Below, piece by piece: positions 48,495-58,304 of a DNA stretch of 64,000 nucleotides (position 1 is its first letter; each line of letters opens with the position of its first letter). Location of the stretch: assembly GCA_043811375.1 (NCBI GenBank), contig JBDRNJ010000084.1:54972-118971 (forward strand), in the 5' to 3' direction. The DNA comes from a bacterium. GTDB taxonomy: Bacteria > Zixibacteria > MSB-5A5 > GN15 > FEB-12. A model generated the notes under the pieces. That model did not search any database. It was not told the origin of the DNA and saw nothing but the letters and a program-made list of their open reading frames with translations. A program made the position numbers and the translations under genes.

Positions 48495-48713
48495 GACTGT
48501 GGCTATGAAGTCGCCATGAAGACATGCCGGGATTCTCAATTTAATCCGGCAGACACAATTGTAAAGGGATTATTGTCAACTGGATGCTGTCCGATGTCGG
48601 CTCGCCTGGTCTTTACGACAGTGTTGACCCCCCCCCGCATTCCAGAGGGACCTGGATAGTTGATCGTGGCCGGGCCGACACTCAAGTAGACTGTCTCGCA
48701 GCGGCAGGCTGCG

Positions 48714-49670
48714 TCAGTCGACCGGCACAGTCTCTGCCGGGGAGCTGTCCGGTATCTCGGATTCCAGCGTCTGAGAATCCAGCTTCTCCCTTTTCATCAG
48801 CCTGTCGGCGGTATCGATCAGCTTGTCCAGTTGGAGCTTGGTGATATGGGCATCGGCCTTCAAAAACTTCGCCCGGGCTTTCATACCAACATCTCCAATC
48901 GATGAATAGACGATAACCAGCGTGGATGGACGTTCCGATTGGCGTATGCGCAGAGTCAGTGCCAGACCATCCATTACCGGCATCTCCACGTCGCAGATCA
49001 CCAGGTCATACTGTTTTTCCTGGTATTTCTGCCAACCCTGGGCGCCGTCACCGGTTGCATCGACCTGGCAGCCCAATTCAGTAAACTCGTTGACCAGCAT
49101 CATGCGTACCGACGGTGAATCCTCAACGATCAGTATACTACGACCGGAGAAATCAGAACCATCATACGTCCCGGCTACACCCTTGTCCGAGATGTGCGGG
49201 CACAGGTCCATCAACATCGTTTCGTAATCCAGAAGCTGGACCATGCGATCCTCGGTCGGTTTGACTATACCGATCACGTAACGCTGATCGATCCCGGTGA
49301 ATACTGTATCGGTATCGATGATGTCTTCCCACTTGAAGCGATGGATCCAGTCAAGGCGACCGACCCAGAACCCGGTCAGTTTCCCGAAAAACTCGGTGAC
49401 GATGACCTTGTTCAATTTGTCCTCGGTATTACCGACCCCCAGAAAGGCAGCCAGATCAACCACCGGAACCAACCGACCCATATCCTTAAACATCCCTTTC
49501 ATCGCCGGGTGTGATTCAGGAATACTGGTGAAATCGACCAGGTAGGAAACGATCTTGCTTACTTTAAGGATATTGATCCCGAATATCATATCACCCGCCT
49601 GGTATTCAAGAACCCGTAACTCGCTGGATCCCGATTTCAGATATGACTCCGCATCAAGCTTTGTACTCAT
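48714..49670 (-). CDS. cheV: CheV-like protein (CheW plus receiver)
   Basis: FGINILKV..PESHP..G..VPVVDLA..VIVTEF CheW domain; IVEDS..CDVEMPVMDG receiver. Confidence 0.85.
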   Translation of the reverse strand: MSTKLDAESYLKSGSSELRVLEYQAGDMIFGINILKVSKIVSYLVDFTSIPESHPAMKGMFKDMGRLVPVVDLAAFLGVGNTEDKLNKVIVTEFFGKLTGFWVGRLDWIHRFKWEDIIDTDTVFTGIDQRYVIGIVKPTEDRMVQLLDYETMLMDLCPHISDKGVAGTYDGSDFSGRSILIVEDSPSVRMMLVNEFTELGCQVDATGDGAQGWQKYQEKQYDLVICDVEMPVMDGLALTLRIRQSERPSTLVIVYSSIGDVGMKARAKFLKADAHITKLQLDKLIDTADRLMKREKLDSQTLESEIPDSSPAETVPVD

Positions 49671-49674
49671 GATA

Positions 49675-50427
49675 TTACTCCTCAGCTTTTCTCAGCCGTA
49701 ATGTAAAAACAGCGCCGCCTTTGGGGTGATCGTCGGCCATCACCGTTCCCCCCATCCCCGTGGCCGCCAGCTTGCAAAAACACAGCCCCAATCCGACACC
49801 GCGATGTTTGCCCTGTGAGCGCAGCTTCACCTGCCCGAATTTCTCAAAGAGCTGATCGGGTTCAATATCGCCCAGACCGGGACCGGAATCCTTTATGTGA
49901 ATGAAAAGACACTCCTTGCCAAGATCGGTGTAGACGGCAATTGTGCCGCCCGCCGGTGTGTGACGAATGGCGTTGTATAGCAAGTTGTCTATCGCTCGTT
50001 TCAATAATTTGGGATCAGCCTGGATCGGCGTGTTGCCGGAGTTGTTGGTGAACGTAAAGTCTATGTTGTTCTCTCCGGCCACAGCAGTGGCCAGGTCGAT
50101 AGCTTCCCTGATGAGCGAGTCGGGAACGAGGTTAATCAACTCCACCGGCAGGCCGACTTTACCGGCTCTGGCTACGGCCAGAATGTCGTATATGATCGAC
50201 TCGGCGCGCTCCAATGCTATCCCGGAAGAGGCCACCAACCGCTGGTGGATAGGCTTGTCAGGATCAAGCTTGCCCTCCTTAAGCATCTTCAGCAGATACT
50301 TCATCGATACCAACGGGGATTCCAGGTCATGAATGAAGATAGAGAAGATTTCCAACCACTGATCGGCCCGGTAGTCAGCTTTCTCTTCTCGCGCCACTGC
50401 GGTTGTCGTTTCTTCCGGCAAATTCAT
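49675..50427 (-). CDS. Cytoplasmic histidine kinase without a sensor domain
   Basis: FIHDLESPL, NLLYNAIRHT, DSGPG and GVGLGL boxes; very short N-terminus. Confidence 0.88.
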   Translation of the reverse strand: MNLPEETTTAVAREEKADYRADQWLEIFSIFIHDLESPLVSMKYLLKMLKEGKLDPDKPIHQRLVASSGIALERAESIIYDILAVARAGKVGLPVELINLVPDSLIREAIDLATAVAGENNIDFTFTNNSGNTPIQADPKLLKRAIDNLLYNAIRHTPAGGTIAVYTDLGKECLFIHIKDSGPGLGDIEPDQLFEKFGQVKLRSQGKHRGVGLGLCFCKLAATGMGGTVMADDHPKGGAVFTLRLRKAEE

Positions 50428-51048
50428 CCCCTGTTTGTTCTGACTGGCTACAGAGAGCCTGTCCCCCAATTTCTAACATTATCGTATGGTTGTCCGGGAA
50501 CCTTACAAGCCCCGGTATTTTGAATAGGGGCGATACTCGCCGGGATATCACTCATCAAGCCAATTGAGGTCGACAGATAAGCTGCTTGAGAATTTGATCC
50601 TGCCCTCAAATCGGCTCGCTGATTCGCAACCTCACTATACACGGAGAAAGTCCCGGCAGTCCGATAATACGGGACATCAATTGTCCGGTTTGCTGGTAAA
50701 GTTTCAGGTATTCCAGCTGTCCGGGTCACTCCCGAACCGACCGGGTAATAACTGCGATTTGAAAGTCGAGATCTGGATATCTCCGGGGGCGTCCCTGGCT
50801 GATTCTCAGAAGGCTCCAGTCGGGCGGCCTTCGGTTGACAACCAACAGTAATCTGCCAGAATACCGGAGGTATTTTCTCCCGTATCGGGTCGGGAGTCTT
50901 GTCGGGAAGGTCTCGCAGAGACCCGTCGGCCAAAAGTGGCTTTTATGACAAATCCCGTTGGTCATTCCAATTTGTCAGACCATTGAAAAAATCAGCGATG
51001 ACGGATACAATAAATACTGCTTGCGGCGGCTTTCCGTTCGGAGCCATT

Positions 51049-51070
51049 CTTCGGCAAGCTCAGGACAGGC
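51049..51070 (+). repeat. Short dispersed palindromic repeat unit (CTTCGRCAAGCTCAGGACAGGC type)
   Basis: Resembles, from memory, a widespread intergenic repeat family; single copy in this window. Confidence 0.4.
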
Positions 51071-51115
51071 AGGGATAAACCTACCAGATTTTTCAGGTCG
51101 CTTTTTGCGAAAATA

Positions 51116-51548
51116 TTGTGATATGTTTCACAAAGAAATACATCCGGTATGCCCGGCAGCGCTAATCCCTTGTGATTAATTTCACGAATATTGCGTGAGA
51201 GGCGGTGGGTTGGTCGTCTTATTATGTGAAATAAATCACAATATATTGATTCATGAGAGTCGAGAAGCATGATAATACATGTGAATAATTTCACATAATG
51301 TTGAAATGTGATTAACTTAGTTCTGGCTGGAGATGAAACACCTCGTGAATTATTTCACAATTGTAGTCTCATGGCTGACCGCACGTATTTTTACGGGACT
51401 AAATTACCATAGATTAAGTCTGTCCGGAGTGTCTGCTGTCCGTAATTTGAGATTGTGAATTACTTCACATACCCTGTCTCAGGGAACGAATTTGACGGTG
51501 TCTCCGGAAGCTTTGTTTTTGGCGGCTGATTTGTGAAATTATTCACTA
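51116..51548. promoter_or_regulatory. Array of seven TGTGA-N6-TCACA palindromes (Rex/CRP-like operators)
   Basis: Cores start at 51117, 51171, 51225, 51280, 51344, 51454 and 51532; consensus WTGTGAWWWWWWTCACAW. Confidence 0.8.
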
Positions 51549-51786
51549 ACTTGACAATTGAAAAGCCGCTTGAGGGGACCGTAGCGTCGGGCGATACGAT
51601 GTCGGGGTGTGTGGTCGAATCAGGCTCCCGGCAAACCCCGGTTATCAATAGAAATCGGCCTGAGGGACCTGGAGAGAGCGGTCCGGGGCTGCTTGTCAAG
51701 TATCTCTCGGAGAGGTGAAATCTGTGAGAAATTCGTATGGATTCTCGCTATTAGGGGTTTTTTGTCACTTTTTTCAAAAATATTTC

Positions 51787-51815
51787 TTGACAATCAGCCG
51801 CCTGTAAGTTATCTT
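51787..51815 (+). promoter_or_regulatory. Sigma70 promoter for the large secreted protein (about 385-nt leader)
   Basis: TTGACA-N17-TATCTT preceded by an AT-rich UP-like tract. Confidence 0.6.
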
Positions 51816-52205
51816 ATCGCTGTCTAGGGAAATAGTTGTGTTGTTAAGCGCTTCTGTTTTGATTCTGACGCACCTTAGTTAACGTCAAGTGTTAGTTGAC
51901 GTTCAGATAGAATCAGCTCTTAGTTTCGGTTTAATTAGAGATTGTTAAGCCATTGGCGGTGAAATGTATCTCCAACGGTTTATCACGTCTCAAAAAATTC
52001 CACTTCTCAAGACTATCTTGATTACGGTCGTTTTGTCCGGGCAGGCAATCTTGACCTGGCAGACGATTATTAAAGGTGGTTTTGACGGGTACCAACCCCC
52101 GGCCCATGTGGCGAAGAGTTGGTAAATCAAGGTGATTGCCTTTAGGATATCTTGAGGTAATTACCGAATAGTCACTGATTTTACAATGACTAAAGGAGCT
52201 TGTTA

Positions 52206-54815
52206 ATGATGCAAAAAAGAACGCTATATTCTTTGCTGCTGACCTCCTTTATGCTGGTATGTGCTTTTTCATTATCGTCGGCGCAGACGGTGACCCTTGA
52301 GCCGGTCTCAGCTGCGCGTTGCGCTAATGGAGACCTCGACGTTACGGTAGATAATCCCGCTGACATCAGTGCCTTCGAAATTATTTTCGAAGTCGCTACT
52401 TGTCAGGGAGATGCCTTTCTTACCGATCTTAATGTCGCTTGGAATCCAAGCATGACGGTACTGACCAACCGGATAGTCGACCTTAGTCGTGTTGATTATT
52501 TCGGTACGGATACGGTGCGCATTGCCGGCATGATGATCGATCCTGGTGATGCTTGTCTGGCCCAGGGTCAGACGGTAGTGGCCACAGTTGGCTTTACTGT
52601 CAATGCTGCCTGCGAAGGCGTTATCTGCCTGGATGGAGCCGTTTTGGACCTTACCATGCCGTGCTGCGTCAAGTCAGCTCAAACGCAATTCGTGGATTGC
52701 GCCACGACCACCTGCATTGCGGCTGCGGTCGTTCCCGGCACTATCACGGTCCTGAACAGCGCTCCCGTGATCGATTCCTTCTTCTGCTATGATCTGCATT
52801 GGGGTGATGTCTTTACCTCTCAGATCTACGCTCATGACAATGACATGGCCAATGGCTGTGAGAAGCTGGAATACTATCTGGTCTCGGGACCGACTCCTCC
52901 AGCTGGCGCCAACCTGTCTGTTGGCAAAACCACCGGTATGGTGGTCTGGCCGACAACAGGCGCCGATGTGGGCGACTGGACGATCTACGTCGAGGTTGTT
53001 GATTCCTGTGGCGCGGCGGACACTATCAGCTGCGACATCTGTGTCTGGAACCTGCCGCCGGAGATCACTTGCCCGGTCGATACCTGCCCTCCGGACCCGA
53101 CCTGTGCCTACACCAGCCAGATCGTTTGGGGTGAGACAGCTACCGGAACCGTCTGCGGGTTTGATCCCGACGGTGGTCCGAACCCGCTGATGTATTATGT
53201 TGTCAGCTGGAACGGCCCCACGCCGATCAACCTTGTCGCGGGAACCGGTGCCTTCGACTGGCCGACTGCGGAAGATAATGCCTTTATCGGTACCTTTACT
53301 CTCTGTCTGGGTGTGACCGATAATGCCCCTTATGCTTCCTGCAGTCCCTTCGGAGACACTACCTGCTGCATCGATATCACGGTAATCCCGACGTATCGTG
53401 TCTTCATTGAGAAGACTCATTATACGTATCAGGGTCACCATGAATACGTTTCGGTCTATCTCGATGACTATATCAATCCTGCCAATACGATGGGCGGCTT
53501 TGATTTCGTGATCGCTTACGATCGCTCAGCTCTGAACTTCCAGATCGTGACCAAGGGTTCCTTCCTGGTGGATTGCGGCTGGGAGTACTTCACTTTCCGG
53601 AGCTGGTTCTGGCCTTCATACGAGCCCCACTTCTTCTGGGGTGGTATCGTAAAGGTGGTCGCGATGGCCGAAATCAACAACGGTGCCAATCATCCCAATT
53701 GTTACGCACCTGGTCTGCATGAACTGTTCGTGATCGACTTCCTGGTCACTGACAATCGCCTGTTCGAGTGTATGTATGTGCCGATCAGGTTCTTCTGGAC
53801 TGATTGCGGCGACAACACCATCTCCTCCGAGACTGGTGATAGCCTGTTCATCTCCCGTTATGTATGGGATGCCATCTTTGATGATAGTCTCCCACCGTAC
53901 CGGATTGATGATCCGACAGCAGCTTTCCCGACCTATTTCGGCGCCAACAACACCTGTGATTTGCTTGTCGACGACTGCAAGCCTGACTTGCTGCGGATAA
54001 TCGACTTCTATAACGGTGGTGTTGACATCGTTTGTGCCGATTCCATCGACGCCCGCGGCGATATCAACCTCAACGCTCTGGCGTATGAGATCGCCGACGC
54101 GGTGGTCTTCACCAACTACTTCATTTATGGCTTTAGCGCCTTCCACGTGAACCTTGACGGCCAGATTGCCGCCTCCGACTGTAATGCCGACGGTTTGGCA
54201 CTTACGGTTGGTGACCTGGTATACCTGGTCCGCGTCGTCGCGGGTGACGCTATTCCGTATCCGAAGCTGGCTCCGGTGGAAGCCACCTACGTGGTCAACC
54301 AGGGAGTGATCTCGGTTGACAAGAAGATGGGCGCGGTTCTGGTCGTGGTCGAAGGCAATGTCATGCCGGAGTTACTGGCCGACCAGATGGAACTCAAGTT
54401 TGCCTATGATGCTGAGAATAATGTTACCCGTGCACTGATCTGGTCGCAAGTCGGCAACGGCTTCAGCGGTCAGTTCATCAATGCCGGCGGCAATATCGTC
54501 AGCATCGAGTTCGGCAGCTACGAGGGCTCCGTCGTCAAGGCGGCTGAGGTCCCGGCTGAGTTCGCTCTGCACCAGAACTATCCGAACCCGTTCAACCCGA
54601 CTACCGCTATCAGCTTCTCGCTGCCGAGTGCCAGCGATTACACGCTGACCATTTACAATGTTAATGGTCAGGAAGTGTCTCGCATGGCCGGTACGCATGA
54701 AGCCGGTGTGGTCGAGCTTGAGTGGGATGCCTGTGAACTTGCCAGTGGTGTTTACTTCTATAAGTTGAACGCCGGCAGCTTCACTGCCACCAAGAAGATG
54801 GTCCTGCTGAAGTAA
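52206..54815 (+). CDS. Large Cys-rich secreted protein: cohesin-like, Ig-like, cohesin-like, dockerin-like and T9SS/FlgD-type C-terminal domains
   Basis: Signal peptide; MGGFDFVIAYDRSAL; RGDINLN..EIADAVVFTNYF..SDCNADG..TVGDLVYLV; LHQNYPNPFNPTT..ASGVYFYKL..KKMVLLK. Confidence 0.88.
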   Translation: MMQKRTLYSLLLTSFMLVCAFSLSSAQTVTLEPVSAARCANGDLDVTVDNPADISAFEIIFEVATCQGDAFLTDLNVAWNPSMTVLTNRIVDLSRVDYFGTDTVRIAGMMIDPGDACLAQGQTVVATVGFTVNAACEGVICLDGAVLDLTMPCCVKSAQTQFVDCATTTCIAAAVVPGTITVLNSAPVIDSFFCYDLHWGDVFTSQIYAHDNDMANGCEKLEYYLVSGPTPPAGANLSVGKTTGMVVWPTTGADVGDWTIYVEVVDSCGAADTISCDICVWNLPPEITCPVDTCPPDPTCAYTSQIVWGETATGTVCGFDPDGGPNPLMYYVVSWNGPTPINLVAGTGAFDWPTAEDNAFIGTFTLCLGVTDNAPYASCSPFGDTTCCIDITVIPTYRVFIEKTHYTYQGHHEYVSVYLDDYINPANTMGGFDFVIAYDRSALNFQIVTKGSFLVDCGWEYFTFRSWFWPSYEPHFFWGGIVKVVAMAEINNGANHPNCYAPGLHELFVIDFLVTDNRLFECMYVPIRFFWTDCGDNTISSETGDSLFISRYVWDAIFDDSLPPYRIDDPTAAFPTYFGANNTCDLLVDDCKPDLLRIIDFYNGGVDIVCADSIDARGDINLNALAYEIADAVVFTNYFIYGFSAFHVNLDGQIAASDCNADGLALTVGDLVYLVRVVAGDAIPYPKLAPVEATYVVNQGVISVDKKMGAVLVVVEGNVMPELLADQMELKFAYDAENNVTRALIWSQVGNGFSGQFINAGGNIVSIEFGSYEGSVVKAAEVPAEFALHQNYPNPFNPTTAISFSLPSASDYTLTIYNVNGQEVSRMAGTHEAGVVELEWDACELASGVYFYKLNAGSFTATKKMVLLK

Positions 54816-54845
54816 AACTACTTTAGCTTACCATATATCTTGTAT

Positions 54846-54880
54846 ACGCTCCGCGGTTTATACCGCGGAGCGTTTTTTTT
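54846..54880 (+). terminator. Intrinsic terminator
   Basis: ACGCTCCGCGGT-TTAT-ACCGCGGAGCGT followed by a T run. Confidence 0.9.
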
Positions 54881-54957
54881 ACAGCCCGGACAATTCATAA
54901 AATATATTGCTGTGTCAGCGATGACGCACTGACGGATTGTGTTGACGGCGATCTGAG

Positions 54958-55716
54958 TCAGAAAGTGGCTGGTGTCCGGTTGATCTCTTTGAGTACTCTG
55001 AAGATGTTATCGATTTCAAATGGTTTCTGCAGGAAACCGTCAGCCTCGGCAGGCTGGGATCGCCGTCTGACTTCTTCAACGGAGAAAAAGGCTGTCATGA
55101 GAATCACCGGCAAGCCGGGCCGTTGTCCCTTCAGTTTTTTCAAAAGCGTGATGCCGTCCATACCGGGCATCCTGATATCGGTGATAACGGCATCGACCTC
55201 GCCGTTTTCCATCTCCCTGAGTGCTTGCTCACCTCCCGAAGCCGAGCAGGGAATATAGCCGTCCAGGCGAAGAGCTTCAGTGAGCATATCCCGAAACAGG
55301 TCATCGTCATCGACTATCAGCACACGCTTGACAGAACTGGTGTCGGGCTGGGTTCGAAGGCGGAGAGTGTCTTCTATCATTTCTTCTATGTGGTTGATTC
55401 TAAACGGTTTGGCTAAAAAACCGTCCGGTAAGGCACGACCGATAATTTCCGGCGAGGCGACACCGGTGATAAACAGCACCGGCAGGTCGGGATAGAGCCG
55501 CCGTGTCTTTCGCAGCAATGCCAGGCCGTCGATTCCGGGCATCTTGATGTCGGAAATCATCAGATCGTATTTCTCGTTTCTGAGTGATTGCAGGGCTTCA
55601 ATGCCGTCGCTGACACCGGTAGTCTCGTAGCCGATTGTCTGAAGCGTATCGACCAGAAGATCGCGCAGCAGGGCGTCGTCGTCGACCACAAGGATTTTCG
55701 TCTGTAATTCTTTCAT
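54958..55716 (-). CDS. Tandem receiver-domain (REC-REC) protein
   Basis: Two VDDD..DI(K/R)MPG.DG..KPF modules. Confidence 0.9.
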   Translation of the reverse strand: MKELQTKILVVDDDALLRDLLVDTLQTIGYETTGVSDGIEALQSLRNEKYDLMISDIKMPGIDGLALLRKTRRLYPDLPVLFITGVASPEIIGRALPDGFLAKPFRINHIEEMIEDTLRLRTQPDTSSVKRVLIVDDDDLFRDMLTEALRLDGYIPCSASGGEQALREMENGEVDAVITDIRMPGMDGITLLKKLKGQRPGLPVILMTAFFSVEEVRRRSQPAEADGFLQKPFEIDNIFRVLKEINRTPATF

Positions 55717-55719
55717 CGT

Positions 55720-57063
55720 CTACGACCTGATTATGCCCAGGATTTTCTCCGTCAATTCATCAAGACTGGTCCGGCCGGCGGCTTCCACGTTCAAACGCAG
55801 TAACGGCTCGGTATTTGAGGGACGCAGGTTGAACCAGAAATCCTTGCCGGTGAATGTCAGACCGTCCAGCGTATCCTGCTCGACATCGTCAAACGCCTCA
55901 CTGACCTGTTTGATCTTGTCGGGAATCGAACCTACCCGACTGTTGATTTCACCTGAGCGAACGTATGGGTCGATCTCACCGATCATCTCTTCCAGGGGCC
56001 TGTTCTGCATCGACAGCAACTCCAGACAGACCAGAAAGGCGATCAGGCCGGAGTCGGCAAACCAGTTGTCGCGGAAATAGAAATGTCCGGAATGCTCGCC
56101 GCCGAAGATGGCGTTATGCTTTTTCATCAGCGGTTTTATCAAAGCATGGCCGACACGGGTGCGGATCGCCCGGCCACCCATTCGCTCGATCAATTCCGGT
56201 ACGGCGCGTGAGCAGATAAGATTGTAGAGGATCGTCTCGCCCGGATTTCTCGACAGCAACGACTGGGCTACCAGCGCCGTCACCATATCGCCGCCAACCT
56301 GTACGCCGCACCGATCGACCAGGAACATACGGTCGGCATCGCCGTCAAAGGCAACACCGAAATCGGCCCTGGTTTCAGCTATCTTTTCAACCAGGTCGAC
56401 CAGGTTCTCAGGTTCGATGGGGGAGGCGGGATGGTTGGGGAAGCTCCCGTCCAACTCGAAGTAGAGTTTGACAACATCGATCGGCAACCTGTCCAGAACC
56501 GGCGGTAATGTCGCTCCGGCCATACCGTTGCCGGCGTCGATGACGATCTTAAACGGTTTGATCAGAGACCGGTCGATAAACGAGAGGCAGTGATCGGCAT
56601 AGTCCTGCATAATGTCACGGCGGACAATCATACCTCGTGACGAAGACTTGGTGATGGCAGTATCGCTTTCGATGAATTGACGCACCTGCGCCAGACCTTC
56701 CTGTCCGGACAGCGGCTCGGCGTTCTTGCGGCAGACCTTGAAGCCATTGTATTGCTTGGGATTATGGCTGGCGGTGATCATCACGCCACCGTCATAGTCG
56801 AACTTGCCAACGGCAAAATACAGCCCGTCGGTTGATACCAGACCCAGGTCGATAACATCCACGCCGCTATCATTGATGCCGCGAGCCAAGCTGTCAAAAA
56901 GCTCATCCGATGACAAGCGCACGTCCCGTCCAACGGCGATTGATTTCGGCTTCATGAATCCGACCAGGGCATGTCCGATCTGATATGCGATCTCAGCATT
57001 TATCTGGTCGGGAACCGTGCCGCGAATGTCATAGGCCTTGAATATCGATGTGTCTATCGGCAT
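55720..57063 (-). CDS. Phosphomannomutase/phosphoglucomutase
   Basis: FKAYDIRG, TASHNP, DGDADR, GEHSGH and RPSNTEP motifs. Confidence 0.95.
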   Translation of the reverse strand: MPIDTSIFKAYDIRGTVPDQINAEIAYQIGHALVGFMKPKSIAVGRDVRLSSDELFDSLARGINDSGVDVIDLGLVSTDGLYFAVGKFDYDGGVMITASHNPKQYNGFKVCRKNAEPLSGQEGLAQVRQFIESDTAITKSSSRGMIVRRDIMQDYADHCLSFIDRSLIKPFKIVIDAGNGMAGATLPPVLDRLPIDVVKLYFELDGSFPNHPASPIEPENLVDLVEKIAETRADFGVAFDGDADRMFLVDRCGVQVGGDMVTALVAQSLLSRNPGETILYNLICSRAVPELIERMGGRAIRTRVGHALIKPLMKKHNAIFGGEHSGHFYFRDNWFADSGLIAFLVCLELLSMQNRPLEEMIGEIDPYVRSGEINSRVGSIPDKIKQVSEAFDDVEQDTLDGLTFTGKDFWFNLRPSNTEPLLRLNVEAAGRTSLDELTEKILGIIRS

Positions 57064-57149
57064 ATTTATCCTTATACCTTCCATAAATCTGATCGGCATA
57101 CCGTTGGTCAACTAAAATGATGCTCCCCACAGCCGGGTAACGAGCCGGC

Positions 57150-58151
57150 CTATGACGTTGCATCGGGATCGACCACAATAACGGCAGCTCCCGTGAAACG
57201 ACCGGCTCTCAGATCATTCAGCGCGTCGTTGGTTTTCTCAAGGGGGTACGGGTGCACTTCGGTGCGGACCGGCACCTTCGGCGCCAGGGCCAGGAACTGC
57301 TCGCCATCCTGCCGGGTGAGATTGGCCACCGAGCGGATCGTTCGTTCCTCCCAGAGGATTGAGTACGGGAATGAGGGGATATCACTCATGAATATACCGG
57401 CGCAAACAACGGTGCCGCCACGGGCCGTGGCCCGCAGCGCAGCCGGTACCAGGCTGCCGACCGGCGCAAAAATAATGGCTGCGTCAAGCGGTTCCGGCGG
57501 TGTCCGCTCGGATCCACCGACCCATACGGCGCCCAGTTTCCGGGCGAAAGCCTGTCCTTCGGTATCGCCGCTGCGGGTAAACGCATATACCTCCCGGCCC
57601 TGGTACCGGGCTATCTGGGTCAGGATGTGAGCCGCCGCGCCGAAGCCGTAGAAACCCAACCGCCGGGCATCACCGGTCATATTCAAAGCCCGGTAGCCGA
57701 TCAGTCCGGCGCAGAGCAACGGCGCCGCCTGCAAATCGGGATAGCCTGCCGGAATCGGAAAACAGAACCGTTCGTCGGCCACGCAGTACCGGGCGAAACC
57801 GCCATCGATCTGGTAACCGGTGTAGCGTGCTTCACCGCAGAGGTTCTCGCGCCCGGAGTTGCAGTAATCGCACTTACCGCAGCATCCGCCCAGCCAGGGC
57901 ACTCCTACCCGATGTCCTGTAGCAAAACGCCCGGTACCCTCGCCGACGGCTTCCACAACGCCTACAATCTGGTGCCCCGGCACCAGCGGCAGCTTCGGCT
58001 CAGTCAATTCGCCGTCAACGACGTGCAAATCGGTACGACAGACGCCACAGGTTCGGACACGAAGCAACACCTGGCCCGGACCCGCTGACGGCACCGGTAG
58101 TTCGACCGGCTTGAGCGGTTGACCGGGCTTCTCCAGAATCATTGCCTGCAC
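57150..58151 (-). CDS. Zinc-dependent alcohol dehydrogenase family protein
   Basis: CGVCRTDLH, PGHQ, C..C..C...RENLC, LLCAG and GFYGFGAAA motifs. Confidence 0.93.
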   Translation of the reverse strand: MQAMILEKPGQPLKPVELPVPSAGPGQVLLRVRTCGVCRTDLHVVDGELTEPKLPLVPGHQIVGVVEAVGEGTGRFATGHRVGVPWLGGCCGKCDYCNSGRENLCGEARYTGYQIDGGFARYCVADERFCFPIPAGYPDLQAAPLLCAGLIGYRALNMTGDARRLGFYGFGAAAHILTQIARYQGREVYAFTRSGDTEGQAFARKLGAVWVGGSERTPPEPLDAAIIFAPVGSLVPAALRATARGGTVVCAGIFMSDIPSFPYSILWEERTIRSVANLTRQDGEQFLALAPKVPVRTEVHPYPLEKTNDALNDLRAGRFTGAAVIVVDPDATS

Positions 58152-58304
58152 TGTCGATCCTCCATGGTCTCAACAGTTTATTCTATCAAGTTGTTTGAGG
58201 TGAATCAACCTGAAAAAGCCGGCGGCAGAATTCTCGCCGGCCGTTGTCCGCCGGACCACTTCGGAACAGTTGTCTTTTGAGCCGATGGATGGTATCTTGG
58301 GGTA

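Noticed and set aside
51116..51548. CRISPR array reading of the palindrome array (18-bp repeats with 36-37-bp spacers)
   Set aside because: The repeats are too short and vary in the centre while the dyad arms are conserved, which is typical of protein operators. Later spacing is irregular and there are no cas genes in the window.
51116..51548. oriC/DnaA-box cluster
   Set aside because: Only one half-site (TGTGAATAA at 51280) matches TTWTNCACA exactly. The sites are symmetric dyads and no dnaA/dnaN-type genes are nearby. A GC-skew analysis would be needed to exclude this fully.
50448..51827. ORFs of 70-160 aa in the large intergenic region
   Set aside because: No convincing RBS or motifs, atypical composition and mutual overlap. 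The region is better explained as regulatory.
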